Assembly: GCF_009914755.1 (NCBI RefSeq)
Contig: NC_060934.1
Length of the DNA: 64,000 nucleotides
Strand: one strand, 5' to 3'
Origin: the human T2T-CHM13v2.0 reference genome, Homo sapiens
Shown here: piece after piece, positions 60,490 to 64,000 of the stretch
Position numbering within the stretch: the stretch's first letter is position 1
How the letters are laid out: every line of letters begins with the position of its first letter
Notes under the pieces: model-generated
What the model was told of the DNA's origin: nothing
The model's database searches: none
What the model saw: the letters and a program-made list of their open reading frames with translations, nothing else
Program-made: the position numbers and the translations under genes

Positions 60490-60705
60490 AGAGACCAAAT
60501 TCAGGCTTCTTTGTTTCAGATCACAAATCTGCCTCTCACTGGCGGGGTGTGCATGGTCAAATTACTTATACTGGTCTTCATCTCCTTATCTGCACTGTGG
60601 GAGGAGGATGAAGTAACCACTAAGCTTCAGTGAAGAGTCAATGTAATAGTGCAGGTACATGTTTGGCACAATTCTGGACACTTAGTAAATGCTTGATAAA
60701 TATGA
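60490..60705 (+). mobile_element. MIR fragment
   Basis: ctccttatctgcactgtggg...ggcacaattctggacacttagtaaatgcttgataaat. Confidence 0.55.
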
Positions 60706-61737
60706 TTTGCCTTCAACTTTCATCATCTATTAGAGCATATATGATTATGCTTTTAGACAGCTGGTTCTCTTTAATGTGACCAAGTACATTGGAAACAATA
60801 TCTTTCACAGAATTCGTTGCTGTAGCTGACAATTATTACTGTCAGTTTGTTTGATGCTTTCTGGTTTGAGAATATTTCTTTTTATCACTATCCCTATAAT
60901 TTCACCCAGGCATTTGTTTAGCTCATACAGAACTAGTGCAACTGATTTTTCCTAGTCCCTTCTCTCACTCTAAATAACTTATCAATCCTACATTTTACTA
61001 CCTAATTAGTCATCTTATAACTTTGCTTGTATTTGAGAACTTGCTTGCTAGAAGACTTTGATGTTGTACCCAACTACAAATTAAAGCCTTAACACCTCAG
61101 CCTGACATTGAATCTTCTGTGATCTACCCCACTTTTGCCTTTCTGAACTCTTATAATATCAGTACCATTCAGTGCCCTCCATGCTGGCCAGTTGACCCTG
61201 CATGTGACAAACTCATTCTTATTTCTATGTCTTGACACATACCCTACTCATGGAATGTTATCGTTCTGTAAACTGCTAAGCCATAACCACCCTCCTATTA
61301 AAACCTCAACAAATTCCCCCCCTAGAAACTTGCTTTGCTTTCCTCCACCATAGTAAGATTCCCATGAGCAGCATTTTTATTTCCCTAGTGCTGCTAATTA
61401 CTTTTAATTAACCTGAGGAGCCCACATCTTGATTCCAAAACATTCACGCTTCTTTCTATTATCCATAACCCTTTCACATATAACAGTCCCTCAAGAAATA
61501 TTTTTGGCTGTTGAATAAACAAATGAGTAAGAAACACCCGGTGGCTTTTCCTTATCAGTAACTTTCATTTACCTAAGGCAGTGGCAGTGTTTAGAAAGAG
61601 TGGCAGGAGGAATCAGGAGTTTTCAAATTATTTCCCCGACATTGGTTTTGTTTCTGTAAACGTGGAAATTACCAAAGCTCTCAGAATTTTGGTTTGCATA
61701 GTTCAGCAGATGGCCCAGGTTACAGAGCAGTAGTGTT

Positions 61738-61900
61738 CTGCATTCATTCATTTGAAATAAACTAATTCATGGTTTTGTTCATTCCTTTCAAAACTATCAG
61801 TTGGGTTCCTCCCATGTGCCATGCCATTCACTGTGCCAGTTGTTGGAGATACAAAAGTATAAATGATATAACTGTCCCAGGGTTTCAGAATATAATGGAG
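61738..61900 (-). mobile_element. L2 3' end fragment
   Basis: cattcattcatt...catgtgccatgcc...gttggagatacaaaagtataaatga. Confidence 0.45.
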
Positions 61901-64000
61901 TTAAGGGGCTCAAACATTTCTCTGGCGTTGGGACCTGGTACAGCATTAGAGTCTTCCAAACCTAGCCTCAGAGTGACTGCGACATAATTGATTAACCTAG
62001 TGGGTGGGAGATACTATGAGCAATTATTGGAAAGGAGGAGCTATTCCAGGATCCGGCTGTGGATCCCCAGCATCACCACACAGGCTTCCTCCAAAGCAGA
62101 ACAAAAGCATAGTTAGTTCTCTTCCCCTACCTTCTCCAAATCAATGCCTGCAGATGGCAGACTCCCAAGGGAAGTGTTCAGGTCTGCATTCAGGAGGATA
62201 GCCCACTTTTGGTCCTTTCAGTTTAATCTGAATAGTACTCCACCCACTGCTAGAAAACTGTCTTTTCTGATGTTAGAAAGGAAACATGCAGATTTGATCT
62301 GCACACCTAACATTCTGTCACTATCAACAACTAAAGGGACAGTGAGAAGGCAAGAATGTGGCAGGAAGGAGAGCATTTCACCTCTTTGTGAAGCTCAGAG
62401 TAGCAGATCCCTGTCTCCAGGCTACCTCCCTGAGCCTCAGGGACAAATGACAATGTTGTAAAAGCCTGTGTGTGATCCACTGTACCTAAACCCCTCCTCT
62501 GTCAGCTCCCTTGGGTTTGACACTCTCTTTGTCTTCCTGACAACTCCCTTTTCTGGCCTATACACCAAGGGAACTTCTCCTTTCTAAAACTAGGAAATTC
62601 AGACAAAGTAGGAAGTCAGGGTTACTTGATCAGGGACAGCAGCTTTTCCTCCAGAGGCCACAAGATGGACATGCAGTGACTGGAAGTTACATCTCCGAGT
62701 TACTGCTCCTGGATGGAATGTTTAATGGTCCTGCCCAGGAAATGTCAGGGCATCAGCTCAGCCTCTAGGCAGGAACAGACTCTTCTTGCCAAGAGTGCTT
62801 TTAGTTCCACTTCCACCCCCAGAGCAAGCATGACAAACTGATCAAGGCAGATAGAATACTGCTGCCAGAGCAATTATGGGCTCCTGGGGTCCAGGACAGA
62901 ATGAGGCAGAAAGGCAACACCACACTGGCATTTCCATTAGCAGAGTCAGATGGTGTCTGGCAGAACTGAATCAGGGGAAACATGGTCTTTCAGAAGAATC
63001 AAGTGACAAAGACAATACTTAGAGACTGCATTTTGGGAACTTGCAGACTGAGACTTCGCTGTAGGTGTTCTGAAGTAGTAAGGGCCCTGAAGGGAGAAAA
63101 TGATGTGATTGATGTTCTAGAGTAGATAGCAACAGCCTGTGTGACCCCTGGAAGAGGATCGAGAGGCTAACCCCATGGGATTCATACTGAGAAAGGATTA
63201 TTATCAGCCTAAAAATGAGGAGGCCAAGATGGATGTTAAAAACCCACCAATTTTTAGATACAAGAGCATTGGTAGAACCAATGGTATTCCATGACCACTA
63301 GGGAGTATGTGTTCGGACATTCTCAGAAAAGTTATTGATCATTTTCATAAAGTCCTAAGCTAAAGAACAACTCTTGAGCTACACAGAACTATTAAAGGCA
63401 TGTCTAATGCCCAAGACTAGTGCCTGTATTAGACCAAAAATGCTCATTTAGACTATGAATTTAATTCTATCAGATATGCTTCAGATTACTTGTGTGCATG
63501 CAGTAGTTTGGAAAAGTGCCTTCCTGAATTATAAATATAAAACTGAAAGAGGATGAGAGTGAAGGTGACACTTAGAAACACATGGTTGGACTACTCAGCA
63601 ATTTATTAATCTCCATTTTTTTCATCCCACCCAAGAAATCCGCCACCAAATATCAACATAAAATGCATAGCCAATCTTTTCATTTTTATTGCTTTAACAC
63701 ACATTTTAATTTTCAGTTGAACAAATTCTTAATGAGCTACAGAGTGACATGAGTTGAAATTAGAATAAAGTAAAATAATACTATATAACCAAAACAAACC
63801 CAGTGTTACATATGTGAAATAATGCAATTAAGAGCACAACTAAAAAAAATCATTGATTCAGTTAAACACAAAAGACATGCAGGGTCTCAAACAAGGAGTA
63901 TTTGGGCTTCTATGTCAATGTCATAGGAAAGAGCTTTTTCTATTTCTGGATAAATATTTCATTTTTATTGATTGGCAAAAATACTTTAAGGATAAATATG

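Overview
This is AT-rich, CpG-depleted primate (most likely human) genomic DNA from an intergenic or deep intronic region. I see no protein-coding gene, rRNA/tRNA, CpG island or CRISPR-like array. The longer ORFs in the track are decayed LINE-1 ORF1/ORF2 fragments, Alu-derived readings or apparent chance ORFs. About half the window is transposon fossil: about 23 Alu/FLAM copies, several L1s, about six ERV solo LTRs (MER4A1, LTR7B/HERV-H, LTR1-like, MER31-like and others), a MER1B DNA transposon, and MIR and L2 remnants. Subfamily names come from recalled consensus sequences and need RepeatMasker/Dfam confirmation. I found no evidence of a new biological system. The best observations are structural: (1) a near-full-length L1MA (32265-40356) still bounded by its TSD, with an Alu-in-LTR-in-L1 nest and an inverted templated insertion that preserves the pre-LTR junction; (2) an older L1 (21385-25847) that keeps both ends and a TSD but lacks its middle; (3) a convergent LTR1-like/LTR7B pair with an altered poly(A) signal and candidate downstream non-coding exons; (4) closely spaced inverted Alus; (5) a perfect 45-bp tandem duplication; and (6) several candidate non-coding exons.
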